A stretch of DNA of 64,000 bases, from assembly GCF_030144855.1 (NCBI RefSeq), contig NC_082739.1, positions 23,002,001 to 23,066,000 on the forward strand, in the 5' to 3' direction. Positions within the stretch are counted from its first letter, which is position 1. The number at the start of each line of letters is the position of its first letter. Below are positions 13,186-27,360 of this stretch, piece after piece. The notes beneath the pieces are model-generated. The model worked only from the letters and a program-made list of their open reading frames with translations, searched no databases and was not told the origin of the DNA. The position numbers were made by a program, and so were the translations under genes. The stretch is from Hypanus sabinus. Its lineage: Eukaryota.

Positions 13186-13427
13186 TGTTATGTTCTGTAA
13201 CTCTAGGAACTAATTGAAATGAAAACACAGGAGCCAGGGATACTTGTGTACACTTAGTTTCTCTTTTAGTGAGGCGCACACATATGACGTGGTGGCGTAA
13301 TGACATATGCCATTCATGTATTTCTTACAGATAACCCTTAATGAATTATGTGAATAAACAAGGAAAGCTTAATCAAATAATACATTTAAAAGATTATGCA
13401 AATATTGTTGAAATATTAAATACACTA
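13186..13427. mobile_element. Possible solo LTR-like repeat
   Basis: Starts TGTTATG, about 240 nt with retained CpGs, AT-rich end; termini imperfect. Confidence 0.3.
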
Positions 13428-13729
13428 TAAAGTGGACTCCAATTCATCCTGACCCTTAGTTTCACCCATTTGTCTTGCTCAGTGCTTGACCATCTGCCCC
13501 CTTCCAAGTCATGCCTTATCCCCATTTATAATTTTGACCCACCCATTTCAGACCTCTCTCCCAGAACCCACAAGATGAAAACTTGTAGAAGGTACGTCTT
13601 CTTTGACTGTGGTTGATTTAGGAACATTGAGGGGATTTTTAAACTTCATTATACAGGTTCGGTAAATCAGTTGACTGATCTTTCAAGATATGATTAGTTT
13701 GCAGTTAAACCTGTTAGATATACACCATA

Positions 13730-14055
13730 TGACCATAAAACGGGAGCAGAATTAGGCCATCTGGCTTATCGGCTCTTCTCTGCCATTCCATCATGGCTGA
13801 TATGTTTTCGCCCACAACCCCATTCTCCTGCCTTCTCCCCATAATGTTTGACGCCCTTACTAATCAAGAACTGATCAACCTTCAGTTTAAATATTTCAAT
13901 GACTTGGTCTCCACAGCCAAATGTGGCAATGAATTCCACAGATTCACCATCCCCCGGCTAAAGAAATTCCTCCTCATCCCCATTCTTAAAGGACACCCTC
14001 TATTCTGAAGCTGTGTCTTCTCACTAAAGGAAACATCCTTTCTAGGTCCACTCTT
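13730..14055 (-). mobile_element. CR1 3' fragment
   Basis: Same gaccataa...ggagcagaattaggcca tail as the copies at 8497 and 47735. Confidence 0.75.
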
Positions 14056-15444
14056 AAAAGGATACGATTGTGTCTACAACAGGCCAATTTTGCTGCCTCA
14101 CTACCTTTTCTATTTGTTTTTGTACTACTTACTTAATTTAACTATTTAATAGATATATGTTTACTGTAATTTATTTATTATATATTTATCATGTATTGCA
14201 TTGTACTGTTGCCACAAAGTTAACAAACTTCACGATATATGCCGGTGATATGAAACCTGGTTCTGATTCTGAAATGTAAAAACCTTCCAATGCAATGACA
14301 TAGATCTGTATAACCTGAGCAATAAATTTATGAAGCGACCAACGAATATTTTCTTTGCCCAGTGACTGTAGCATTTGCTTGTAGTTTGCAAATAGCCATT
14401 GAGTTTTGACTTAATATTTATGCACACAGCTCAGTGCTTTTAATACCTTTGATCTGTTCAATGTTCTGTGAACAATGGGAGTTACTTTGTGTCTCTGAAC
14501 ACTAAGAAGTTGAAGTTTCAAATTCATCAGCTGGGGAAGACTGATTTGCATCAGCTTTCATGTGATGTGCAGGTTTATAAAGCAGACCATGCACAATAAC
14601 AGGTATCAAGGGACTCAGAAGGTAGACACTTAACCTTGCAATAAATTAGCTTGACCTTGCTGATGTCACAGCTTCTAAGAAGTGATTGTCTTCAATTCGT
14701 GTTTAACACATCCTTCATCGCTGATATCATTTTTTTTAATGTGTGGAGGTGTCTAGCTTCACAGGCATATATAAAAAGCATAACTAATGCATTCTAAAAC
14801 TAATTAAGATATTGTTACAAGTGACTGTTAATTGCGGGTTCTCTGACTAACCACTCCCACTAATACAGCATTGCAACTTGGTATTGCCATGAATTATCTT
14901 TTAAGATCTTCAAGGCAACTCTATAAGCAATGATTTTCCTAATATGAATGGGTAATTTTCCCCGAATCCTTCGTATTGTTTGAATATTGCATCCTGCATC
15001 TCATTTAAAAGCATCTGGTCTGTGGAGTCTGTGGCCATTCTGATGTAAACAAATCAGTGGGTATAGGTTAGCTGATGATGGCTTTCATCTGAACATATCT
15101 TATTTATTTTTATTTAGAGTGAAAACAGGCCTTTCCAATTATCTGCACCACCCAGGCACCCAGCTATTTAACTCCAGCCTAATCACAGGACAATTAGCAA
15201 TGGCAAGTTAACCTACAAACCAGTATATCTTTGGACTGTGGGAGGAAACTGGAGCACCCAGCAGAAACATATGCAATCATGGAAAGAACGTACAGACTTC
15301 TTACAGATGACATCGGAATTGAATTCCGAAATCCGACACCCTGAGCTGTAATTGTGTCACGCTAACCTCTAAGCTACCCTAGCCCCTTTAAATATCTCTT
15401 TCAGTTTGGTGAAGCATTGAATTCCTTCATTCCACCTCATTAGT

Positions 15445-17620
15445 GGAAGGATGTGGAAGCTTTGAAGAGGGTGCAGAGGAGATTTACCAGGATACTGCCT
15501 GGACTTGAGGGCATCTATATGAAAATAGGTTGAGCGAGCTTAGGTTTTTTGCTTTGGAGCGAAGGAGGATGAGGGGTACCTTGATAGAGGTGTACATGAT
15601 GGTAAGAGGCATAGATAGAGTGGACAGCCAGAGACTTTTACCATAAGACCATAAGGTATAAGAGTAGACCATTTGGCCCATCGTGTACTCTGCCATTCAA
15701 TCATGGCTTATCCAATTCTTCCAGTTATCCCCATCTTCACCCCATACCCTTTGACGTCCTGGCTAATCAAGAGACAATAGACAATAGGTACAGGAGTAGG
15801 CCATTTGGCCCTTCAAGCCAGCACCGCCATTCACTGAGATCATGGCTGATCATCCACAATCAGTACCCCGTTCCTGCATTCTTCCCGCCTCCCTTGACTC
15901 CACTATCTTTAAGAGCTCTATCTAACTCTTTCTTGAAAGCATCCAGAGAATTGGCCTCCACTGCCTTCTGTGGCAGATCATTCCACAGATACACAAGAGC
16001 TTATCTCTCTCTGCCTTAAATGCACCCAATGACTTGGCCTCCACAGCTGGTCGTGGCAACAACTTCCACAGATATGCCACCCTCTGACTAAAGTAATTTC
16101 TCAGCATCTCTGTTCTAAATGGATGACCTTCAGTCCTGAAGTCATGCCCTCTTGTCCTGGACTCCCCTACAATGGGAAATAACTTTGCCATATCTAATCT
16201 GTTCAGGCCTTTTAGCATTCGGAATATTTCTATGAGATCCCCCCCTCATTCTCCTGAACTCCAGGGAATACAGCCCAAGAACTACTGGATGGTCCTCATA
16301 CAGTAACCCTTTCATTCCTGGAATCATTCTCGTGAATCTTCCCTGAACCCTCTCCAATGTCAGTATATCCTTTCTAAAATAAGGAGCCCAAAACTGCACA
16401 CAAATGTGGTCTCACATGTGCCGTATGCAGCCTCAACATCCCATCCCTGCTCTTATAATCTATACCTCTGGAAATGAATGCCAACATCACATTTGCCCTC
16501 TTCACCACTGACTCAACCTGGAGGTTAACCTCTAGGGTATCCTGCGCAAGGATTCCCAAGTCCCTTTGCATCTCTGCATTTTGAATTCTCTCTTCACCTA
16601 AACAATAGTCTGCCCGTTTATTTCTTCCACCAAAGTGGATGACCATACACTTTCCAACATTGTAATTTCATTTGCCACTTCTTTGCCCATTCCCCTAAAC
16701 TAGCTAAGTCTTTCTGCAGGCTCTCTGTTTACTCAACATTATCCACTCCTCCACCTATTTTTATATCGTCGGCAAATTTAGCCACAGATCCATTAATACC
16801 ATAGTCCAAATCATTGATGTACATCGTAAAAAGCAGCGGTCCCAACACCGACCCCTGTGGAACCCTTTATTCCTGCTCTCTGCTTTCTACTGATCAACCA
16901 GTTCTCCACTCATGCTAGTAATTACATGGGATTTTATCTTGTTAAGCAGCCACCTGTGCGGCACCTTGTCAAAGGCCTTCTGAAAATCCAAGTATGCCAC
17001 ATCCACTGTATCTCCTTTGTCTACCCTGCTTGTAATTTCCTCAAAAAATTGCAGTAGGTTAGTCATGCTGGCTTTGGCCTATCTTGTCATGTGCCTCCAG
17101 GTATTCTGTAATCTTACCCCTAACTATCGATTCCAACAACTTCCCAACCTCTGATCTCAGGCTGACAGGTCTATAGTTTCCTTTCTGCTGCTTCCCACCC
17201 TTCTTAAATAGTGGAGTAACATTTGCAATTTTCCAGTCTTCCGGTACAATGCCAGAATCTATCAATTCTTGAAAGGTCATTGTTAATGCCTTCACAATCT
17301 CTCCAGCTACTTCCTTCAGAACCCATGGGTGCATTTCATCAGGTCCAGGAGATTTATCCACCCTCAGACCATTCAGCTTCCTGAGCATTTTCTCAGTCGT
17401 AATTCTCACCGCACCCACTTCACTTCCCTGACACTCATGAATGTCTGGTATGCTGCAGATGTTTTCCACTGTGAAGACTGATGCAAAATGCACATTCAGT
17501 TCCTCTGCCATCTCTGTGTCTCTCATTATAATATCTCCAGCCTCATCTTCTATTGATAATATATATCTTCCCTCAACCCTTCTTTTACCCTTTATATACA
17601 TAAAAAAGCTTTTACCTTCA
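15445..17620 (-). mobile_element. Nested CR1 LINE cluster, including a ~1.9 kb minus-strand RT fragment
   Basis: ORF 17059-17601 (DKSPGPDEMHP..VPEDWKIANVTPLFKKG..GNYRPVSL), 16374-16646, 16142-16399 and 15922-16218. It abuts a + strand CR1 piece at 15445-15640. Confidence 0.9.
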
Positions 17621-18111
17621 TTTTGTCAAGTTAAACAAGTGCAAGACATACACAGTGAATGGCAGGGCACTGTGGAGTGTTATTGAACAGAGAATTATTG
17701 GGTTATAAACCCGTAGTTACTTGAAATTGTAACACAATTGGGCAAGGGAGGTGAAAGCATACCGATAAAATCTAAAACAATTTTATACTTTGATAAAAGC
17801 TATTAATATATGCTTTAGAAATCGCCATGAATTGCATCAATTTGTATATCATTGCAGTTATTGGCACCAATACCCATTCATCTGTCAGTGTAAATGAGTT
17901 ATATTTCAAAGAGGAATCTGTTGTAACTGTTTTTCTAGCTTTTCCTGGAGCCTAATTTACTATCTCATTACATTATAAACATCTTAGACAACAGAGACCA
18001 TGATTTATATTTGATGAAAATGATGTAGTGTCTGGTTCATTTCATTCTCAATCATTCTTCTTATTTACATTGTATTTAATTACGTTCCTCATGCTTACCA
18101 AATTTTTTCAG

Positions 18112-18138
18112 TAGTTTACACTGCATCTACTGATGACG
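18112..18138 (+). CDS. ncam1: Candidate 27-nt (or 24-nt via NAGNAG) alternative microexon (position of MSD1b/12B)
   Basis: About 80 nt without AG, then ttttttcag|TAGTTTACACTGCATCTACTGATGACG|gtaaca. Open in phase 1 ((I)VYTASTDD), Ser/Thr-containing, in non-repetitive sequence. Confidence 0.42.
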
Positions 18139-19379
18139 GTAACAGAAAGCAGGTTTAGCCAAAAATAAATGTAAGATGTGTTTTGGTTCACTAAATTTCA
18201 ATAAGCTATTGCGTCTGTCTAATTGAAACACATATCACTGCCCTGTTAATTTTAACCTGTCTAACAAACAACAGCAAATTACATTTTGAAGAAGTGCAGT
18301 AAGGCTATTACTGCACCAGCAATCACGAATCGAGGTTCAAACCCCATTGCTGTCTGTAGGAAGTTTGCATGTTATCCCCCTGACTGCAGGGGTTTCTACT
18401 TGCAGGGGTGTTTCAGTTTCCTCCCACATTCCAAAGACACACAAAATCAGAATCAAGTTCGCTATCACCGGCATATGTCATGAAATATGTTGTTTTGCAG
18501 CAGTAGTACATTGCAATACATAATCGTAAAAACTATAAATTACAATAAGGAATATATACATATGTATGTAACCCTCTTACCAAGCTCATATGCAAACTTG
18601 GCTTGTTAGCTAACTCTGGTAACAGCCACGTGACTCAGCAGTGAGAAGACCACCTTTCATAAACAATATATGTTTAAGGTCAGTATGATTTGGAGTTCAA
18701 CCAAACAGAAAATGTTGTGCTGTTCCAATGAAAGAAACCTCGATTTGAGCGAATGCTGTGGAAATGCTGCACATACACAATTGTCGGTCAGCAAGAAATA
18801 ACAGATTGTGCACCGTATAAAATTGTAAAGAAAGTATATTTACCAATTTCAGCTTTATCAAACAGTTAATAGGAAAAAGCTTAGGACCCATTACAGTTAA
18901 ACCAGTCTTAAGTGTGCATGTAACTGTTGAGCTCATACTGGAGTTGTCTTTTACCCACCTCAGTCCGAACTTCCCTCAAAGTCTATCTCAAACAAACTGG
19001 CTCTCTATCAAGAGTATTGACCCTTCATTTTTGGAGCCGTTCATCTGCACAAAGCACCTTGTGCAATGGGGACTCTCCCTCCAACGGCATTCTGTGGCGT
19101 CTTCCCTGCTGTCCCACTCTGTAGCCCCCACCAAAAGACCTCAAACTGTCCATCACAAAACTCTCCATCCCCACTCTGGCTAGAACTTTCACCTGATCCC
19201 ACCATCCTATTGACTGACACAACATTCCTAAGTAAAGCAAAGTGGTGTCTTATCCCCAGCCAAAACCAAACATTCTACCTGTAGGACACGCTGCTTTTGC
19301 AGAAGACTGCTAAAATGAAATACCTACATCATAGCAGTAGAAATCTTAACCGGGGCATTACATATATATAAAATTAAAT

Positions 19380-20510
19380 TAGCTAAGTAGTGCAAAAAAA
19401 AAGAAAAAACATGGGTTCATTGACCATTCGGAAATCTGATGGCAGTGGGGAAGAAGGTATTTCTAAAATGATGAGCATGTGTCTTCCTCTTTGTTGGTAG
19501 CAACGAGAAGGGCATACACTGGGTGATGAGGGCTTTTAATGATGGATGCTGCCTTGATGCTGGGGAAGCTAGTGCCCATGACAGAGCTGGCTGAGTTTGC
19601 AACCCTCTGCAGCTTTTTCCTATTCTGTGCGGTGGCCCCTCCATATCAAAATGTGATGCAACCAGTTTGAATGCTCTCCACAGTACATTTGTAGAAATCA
19701 GCTGGAGTCTTTGGTGACATACCAAGTCTGCTCAAAATGCTAATGAAAGGCACGGACCAGATTAAAGTGGCATACTACACTCCCTATCTGCCAGAGCCCC
19801 ACGTACCTCACCACACTAAACTCCACAATCTGTTGTGCCTTCTTTTGTAATTGTATCACTGTGTTGGGCCCAGGATAAACCTTCAGAAATATTGATACCC
19901 AGGAAGTTGAAATTGCTCACCCTTTCCACTGCTAATCCCTAAATGAAGATTGGTGTGGGTCAACTTCTCCTTCCAGCAGTCAACAAAAAACTACTTGGTC
20001 TTACTGATATTGAGTGTATGGTTGTTGTTTTAACACCACTCAACCAGTTGATCTATTTCACTTCTGCATGCCTCCTTGTCACCATCTGAAGTTCAACCAA
20101 CAACAGATGTGTCTTCGGTAAATTTAAAGATGGCTTTTGAGTTGAGGTTAGTCATACAGTCGTGGGTGCAGAGAGAGTCGGGTAGTGAGCGACGCATGCA
20201 TCCTTGAGGTGCACCAGTGTTGATTGTCATTGAGGTAGAGATTTTTTTTACAATCTGTACTGTGGTCTCCCAATGAGTAAGTCAAGGGGATCCAGTTGCA
20301 AAAGGAGGTACAGAGGCCCAGGTTTTGGATCTTTTTGATTAGAACAAAAAGTGGTGTTGAATTCTGAGCTGTAATCAGTAAGCAGCAGCCCGATGCAGGT
20401 ATTACTGTTGTCCAGGTGATACAGTGCTGAGTGGAGAGCCAGTAAGAATGCATCTGCTGTAGACCTATTGAGGTGATAGCCAAATTGCAGCATGTCCAGG
20501 TCCTTACTTA
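19380..20510 (-). mobile_element. Rex1/Babar-like LINE RT fragment
   Basis: LQFGYHLNRSTADA..LALHSALYHLDNSNT..LLTDYSSEFNT and FRNTFFPTAIR motifs. Confidence 0.8.
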
Positions 20511-21509
20511 GAGATGAGTTGGTTAGGGTTAATGAGTTGTGGGTATGCTGTGTTGGCATTGGAAGCATGGCAACACTTGTGGGCTGCGAAGGATGAAGCC
20601 ACTCAGCCATCAAATCTATACCAGTTCCAAGAACAGAAATCCCACTGGTCCCTTTCCTCACCCTTCCCCATGACTTCCCAATTATTCTCCATCAAGTGCT
20701 GATCTAATTCCTTTTGAAAGGGATTGATTATCTTTCCACTGACAGACCCACAAACCATGAACTCCTGAGTATATTCACTCACTGTGTGAAGAGAAACATG
20801 TCTTTTCTTATGAACCCTTGTAACTTGCATCCATCCCTTTCAAAATACGGCACCAAGCTTGGAGCTCACCACTGAATCAGCCCTGACCTTACCCAACTCA
20901 ATCCAATCTCTTCTCATATCTTCTTTGCTCCAAAGAGAACAAGTGATTAGAATGCTTTGAACATCAGCATTGACCCAGTGGTTAAGTCACCTCTATATAT
21001 TAGGAGAATATGAATTAATATAATATCAAACTCAGAAACAGTTACTCTCCCCAAGCAGTGGCTGATCGACACCTCCATCCACTAACTCATCCTTCCTCAC
21101 TTCCAACCACCTTTCTCCTTTCCCTTCAGTCAACTTATGTACAGATACCTCTTGCCTAGCTTCACAACCAATCTATGTATATAAGCTATCTTACATATTT
21201 ATATTTATTGTGGTTTTTAAAAATTATTATGTGTTTTTTTGTGCTGCATAGGACAGTTATTTCATTCTTCTTTACAGTTGTGTACTGGAAATGATATTAA
21301 ACAATCTTGAATCTGGAAATGAATATTAATGATCCTAAAAAAAAGTGTTTTACCTTTGGAAATGAGGCAGATTGCAGTGGTGAAGCCGTGGGATGTCTAT
21401 TGAGCTGTCAGTGGGAGAGCATCAAATGTAGGGTCAGTTGTGAGGAATGGTGATGATGAGAGGAGTGAGGACTAGGAGAAGTGGGAAGAGAATAGAACAG
21501 AGGCAGCAA

Positions 21510-22030
21510 GTGAGAAACTGTCCAAAGGGTGAACAGCTTCAACTTCCTGAGTGTCAGCATCTCAGAGGATTTACTCTGGGCCCAGCATATTGATGTAATC
21601 ATGACAAAGGCATACAAGCAGCTATACTTCATTTGGAGTTTGAGGAGATTTGATTATCAGCAAGCACATGAGTAATTTTTTACAGATGTACAGAGGAGAG
21701 CATTCAGGCTAGTTACATGTGCCAATGTACAGGATCAAAAGAGTCTTCAGACTCAGCCCACCTCCATCATAGGCATAAACTTCTGCACATCTTCAAAAAA
21801 CCAACATAAGACATAGGAGCAGAATTAGGCAATCCAGCCCTTCGAATCTGCTCTGCCATTCAAAAGGCAGTGCCTCAAGAAGGGGCAGCCATCATCAAGG
21901 ACCCTCACCGCCCAGGACATACCTCCAGTCAGGGAGAAGGTTTAGAAGCATGAAGATCTACACTCAACATTATAGAAACAGTTTCTTCCCCTCTGCCATC
22001 AGATTTCTAAACAGGTCATGAACATAACCT
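21510..22030 (+). mobile_element. Rex1/Babar-like LINE RT C-terminal fragment
   Basis: VNSFNFLSVSISEDLLWAQHIDV...QLYFI motif. The tail continues after the SINE and Tc1 insertions (23948-24070). Confidence 0.75.
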
Positions 22031-22332
22031 TACTTATTAATTTAATTATTGAGATAGTTCAGGCCCTTTGAGCTGTGCCGCCCAACAATCCCCAGACTTA
22101 ATCCTAGCCTAACCATAGGACAACTTAAAATGATCAATTAACCTACCAACTGGTCAATCTTTGGACTGTGGGAGGAAACCAGAGCACCTGGAGGAAACCC
22201 ATGCAGTCACGGGGAGAACGTACAAACTCCTTACAGGCAACAGCAGAAATTGAACCCGGGTTGTTGGTACTGTAAAGCGTTGTGTTAACTATGATGCTAC
22301 TGTGCTGTCCTATTCCTCTTTCTCAGTACTTA

Positions 22333-23947
22333 CAGTGCCTATAAAAAGTATTAACCCCCCTCCTTGGAAGTTTTCATGTTTTATTGTTTTACAACATTGA
22401 ATCACAGTGGATTTAATTTGGCTTTTGTGACACTGATCAACAGAAAAAGACTCTTCATGTCAAAGTGAAAACAGATCTCTACAAAGTGATCTAAATTAAT
22501 TACAGATATACAACACCAAATAATTGATTGCATAAGTATTCACCCCCTTTAATATGACACACCAAGTCATCATTGTTGCAGCCAATTGGTTTTAGAAGTC
22601 ACATAATTAGTTGAGGTGTCCTAGCTATATATAAGCCTGTGTACATTCAAAGTGTTTCAATTGATTGTAGTAAAAATACACTTATATCTGCACAGTCCAA
22701 CTCCTGGTGTGTCAGTACCCAGGCATAAACTACACCATGAAGACAAAAGAACACTCCAAGCTACTCCACAAAAAGGCACAAGCACAAGTCAGGAGATGGA
22801 TATGAGAAAAATTCGAAGTCACTGAAGTACAGGTAAGTTAATCATTAAGAAATGGAAAAGATATGATACAGCTGTAAATCTGCCTAGAACACACCATCCT
22901 TAAAAACTGAGTGACTGTGCAAGAAGGGGACATGAGGGAGTCTACCAAGAGATCTATGACAACTCTGGAGGAGTTACAAGCTTCAGTGGCTGAGATGGGA
23001 GAGACTGCATACAACAACTGTTGCCCGGGTGCTTCACCAGTCACAGCTTTATGGGAGAGGGGCAAAGAGAAAGCCACTGTTGAAAAAATCTCCTATGAAA
23101 TCTCAGCTAGAGTTTGCCAGAAGGCATGTGGGAGACTGAAGTCAGCTGGAAGAAGGTTCTATTGACTGATGAAACCAAAATTGAGCTTTTTGGCTCTCAG
23201 ACTAAATGTTATATTTGGCTAAACACCGCACAACATCAAAATCACACCATCTCTACCATGAAGCATGCCAGTGGCTGCATCATGCTGTGGGGATGTTTCA
23301 CTGCTGCAAGGCTTGGAAGACTTGTGAAGGTAGAGGGTAAAATTAATGCAGCAAAATACAGGGAAATCCTGGAGGAAAACCTGATGCAGTCTGCAAGAGA
23401 ACTGTGACTTGGGAGAAGATTTGTTTTCCAGCAAGACAAAGACCCCAAGCATAAAGCTAAAGCTATACAGAAATGGCTTAAAATCAACAAAATTAATGTC
23501 CTGAAGTGGCCAAGTCAGAGTCCAGACCTCAATTCAATTGAGAATCTGTGACTGGACTTAAAAAGGGCTGTTCACTCATGATCCCCATGCAGTCTGACAG
23601 AGCTTGAGCAGTTTTGTAAAGAAGAATGGGGAAAAATTGCAGTGTCCAGATGTGCAAAGCTGATAGAGACCTATCCACACAGACTCAAGGCTGTAATTGC
23701 TGCCAAAGGCGCATCTGTTAAATATGGACTTGAAGGGAATGAGTAATTATACAATCAATTACTTTGTGTTTAATAAATTGTAATAAGTTTAGACTAATTT
23801 GTAGAAGTTTGTTTCCACTTTGACACGAAAGAGTCTTTTCTGTTGATCAGTGTAAAAAAAACAAATTAAATCCACTGTGATTCAATGTTGTAAAACAATC
23901 AAACATGAAAACTTCCAAGGGAGGGTGAATAGTTTTTATTGGCACTG
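22333..23947 (+). mobile_element. Full-length but inactivated Tc1 (IR/DR-type) transposon
   Basis: TA|cagtgcctataaaaagtatt...tttttattggcactg|TA; ~215-bp TIRs with internal direct repeats. Transposase from ATG at 22737 with [18 protein letters not shown] and [10 protein letters not shown] (DD34E); contains stops and frameshifts. Confidence 0.95.
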
Positions 23948-24857
23948 TAATTGTTTGTATATATATATTGTAACTTCATAACCTGTTACGTCTGCACTGT
24001 ACTGCTGCCAGAAAACAACAAATTTCATGATTTATGTCGGTGACAATAAACCTGATTCAAATTCAGATTTAGAAGTGGCTCCTTCTCTCCAAACATATTG
24101 GCAGTTCATTTGTTACAGACGCTTTGGGAAGGATTGGAGATGGTAACTGGTTTCAGTGTGGTGGAGCGAGACTAATTTGTCCATTTTCGATGTGAATGCT
24201 TTGCAGTATTTGCCCAGTGAAACTTACCAAGGGTTATTGCTACTCAGTTAATCCAAGAGGAAGAAAAAGTCGCAGTTGACAGCACACGACATTCAAGGGA
24301 TTGACAGGCAAAAGTTTTTAAGTGTTTATTAGAACTTTTCAGGTTAAAGACATGGCACATAATCATGATGTTGATGATATATATTTAATCACTGGATTTA
24401 TAGAGGTTAACATGTACTTTAGAATCAGTTGATGGATTAGGTCAATGGTCATCTAAGGGCATTGCTGCTGCTCAACCTTCCATGCAGTTACCAAGTCCAG
24501 GTAACATTCACATTAATTTATTTATCGCATGTGGATGTAGGTTCGATTTCAATGTTTAAGAGAAGTTTGGATAAGTACATGGATGGGAGGGGTATGGACA
24601 GTTATGTTTCAAGTGCAGATCAATGGAACTAGCCAGAATAATAGTTTGACATGGACTAGAAGGGCCAAAGGGTCTGTTTCTGTGCTGTAGTGTTCTATGA
24701 CTCTATGTTCATTGAAAAACACAGTGAAATGCATCATTTGCTCTAATGACTAACACAACTTAAGTTCATGCTGAAGGCAGCCCACAAGTGTTGCTACACA
24801 TTCCGATGCCAATGTAGCATGCCCATAATGCTCGGCAGAACAACACAAACAGCAAAA

Positions 24858-24991
24858 NNNNNNNNNNNNNNNNNNNNNNNNNNNNNNNNNNNNNNNNNNN
24901 NNNNNNNNNNNNNNNNNNNNNNNNNNNNNNNNNNNNNNNNNNNNNNNNNNNNNNNNNNNNNNNNNNNNNNNNNNNNNNNNNNNNNNNNNNN
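24858..24991. other. Assembly gap (134 N)
   Basis: Run of N. Confidence 1.
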
Positions 24992-25654
24992 TCTGGGCTT
25001 GCAGCTTCCTGTGGACTCATAGACATTGGGCTTTCAACTTCCCTAATGGACTCAAAAACTCACAGATCTAAGTCTTTGATTGCCAGGCCTTGACTTCCAG
25101 ACATCCAGTGACTTTCATGTTTTTTATCTCTGGTATCAACCCCAGGATTAGCTGATGGCAATGAATGAGAACCCCAAACTTCAGGCCTCAAACTCCGGTC
25201 TTGCCGATGATGGGATCCCAATGACCATGATATGTATCCCACTACACATCGATCATCTGTTGATACTGATATAATAAGACTATGTTAATGTTCAAGCAAA
25301 AATATTTCCAATTCCAGAGTTTTCAGATCTCTAACTCATATCATGCACACTTTCAAGAAACTTTAGGTAATTTTTAACTGTTAGCTTTTGTAGCTTGCCA
25401 CAGTATTCAATTTGATTTGTAGAAGTTGTATACTCTGTACCTGTCAATTAGTTGCTAATTTATTTGTTCTAGGAATTAGCTCTTGGTAAATGCTATTTTA
25501 ATGAAGGTATTATTCAGTCCAGCAGTAAAAACGTGAATGAGTGATTAATTCTCAAGGGAGTTAAAGGAAGATATCCTGCTGGGATGTTACTGATAGAGAG
25601 AAACTGAATTGATAATCTGTATAGATGCTGCTCATGTAAAACATGCAATTGGAG

Positions 25655-27360
25655 TCAGAGAACACTACAACAGAGAAAGACCCTTCAGCCTATTTAGTCC
25701 ATGCTGAACTCTTAATTTGCCTAGTCCCATCAACCTGCACCTGCACCATAGCCCTCCATACCCCTCCCATCCAGGTACATATCCAAACTTTTCTTAAATG
25801 TTGAAATGGAACCCGCATCTCCCACTTCTGCTAGCAGCTCATTCCACACTCTTTCCAACTGAATTATTAATGTCCTGTTATAACCTATGACAACTTTTTA
25901 CACTATTCAAAACACCACCGACCTTCACTTCATCTGAGTGAGGAAGTTCCCTTTAAACATTTCACCATTCACACCTCTAGTTCTAGTCTCTCCCAACCTT
26001 AGTGGAATAAGCCTGCTTGCATTTTCTCTATCTATACTCCTCATAATTTTGTATACCTCCATCAAATTCTCCTACAATCTAGGAAATAAAGTCCTGCCTA
26101 AACAACCTTTCCCCATAACTCAGGTCCTTAAGTTCCAGCAACATTCTTGTAAAATTTTCCTGCACTCTTTCAATCTTATTGATTTCCTTCCTGTAGGTAG
26201 GAAAGATAGAAGGTCACAAAATTATTATTGGATCCAACTATATTCAGCTACTGGAACCTGGCAGGAGAGGTACCTCTTGAACTTTTACAAGTGTAGCATT
26301 GGCAATGGTCCAAAGCATTTTCGGTAGTCTTTCAAAACAAAAGATTCACTCCCAGAAAGGCCCGAGAACAGTCTGTGGAAGATCTTGGCAATGAGGTGTT
26401 GAAACAGCCTCGCTAGTCTATGAAGTGATTGTTGTCCTGATATTCAGCTTAGCGGGTACATAGAACAGTCCATGCCCTTCGGCCCACAATGTTGTGCCTT
26501 TCTCTCAGATCAATCTAACCATCTCCTCCCATGTAGCCCATATTTTCCTATCATCCATTTACCTATCTAAGAGTCTCTTAAATGCCCCTAATGTATCTGC
26601 CTCTACCATGCATATACCTATGACATCCCCATATACTTGTCTTCAAACACCTTACAATTATGTCCCCTTGTATTAGCCATTTTCACTCTGGGGTAAAAAG
26701 TTTCTGGCTGTCCACTTTATCTATGCCTCTGATCATCAACTTTTATCAAGTCATATCTCATCCTGCTCCACTCCAAAGAGAAAAGCTTTGGCTCACTCAA
26801 CTTATCATCATAAGACATACTCTCTAATCCAGGCAGAATCCTGGTAAATCTCTTCTGTACCCATTCTGAAGCTTCCACATCCTTCATATAACAAGGCAGC
26901 CAGAGCTGAACACAATACTCCAAGTGTGGTCTAACCAGAGTTTTATAGAGCTACAACATTACCTCATGGCTCTTGACCTTAATATTCCAACTAATGAAGG
27001 CCAACACACCTATGCTTTCTTAACTGTACTCTCAACTTATGCTGTATCTTTGAGGGATCTATGGACGTGGACCCCAAGATCCCTCTGTTCCTCCACATTG
27101 CTGAGAATCCTTCCATTAACCTGCTATTCTGCCTTCAGTATTGACTCTCCAAAGTGAATCACTTCACACTGTCCCAGACTGAATTCCATCTGCCACTTCT
27201 CAGCCTGGCTCTGCAATCTATTAATGTCCCATTGTAACCTAGGATAACTTTTTACAATGTCCAACCTACAAGTCATCTGCAAACTTACTACCCCACTCAT
27301 CAAAGTCATTTATAAAACTTGCAAGAAGCAGATCACTGCAGAACACCACTGCTCATTGAC
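25655..27360 (-). mobile_element. Two CR1 3' fragments (about 25655-26200 and 26459-27360)
   Basis: ORFs 26717-26923 (EYCVQLW.P...VQKRFTRILPGL) and 27124-27309. Confidence 0.8.
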
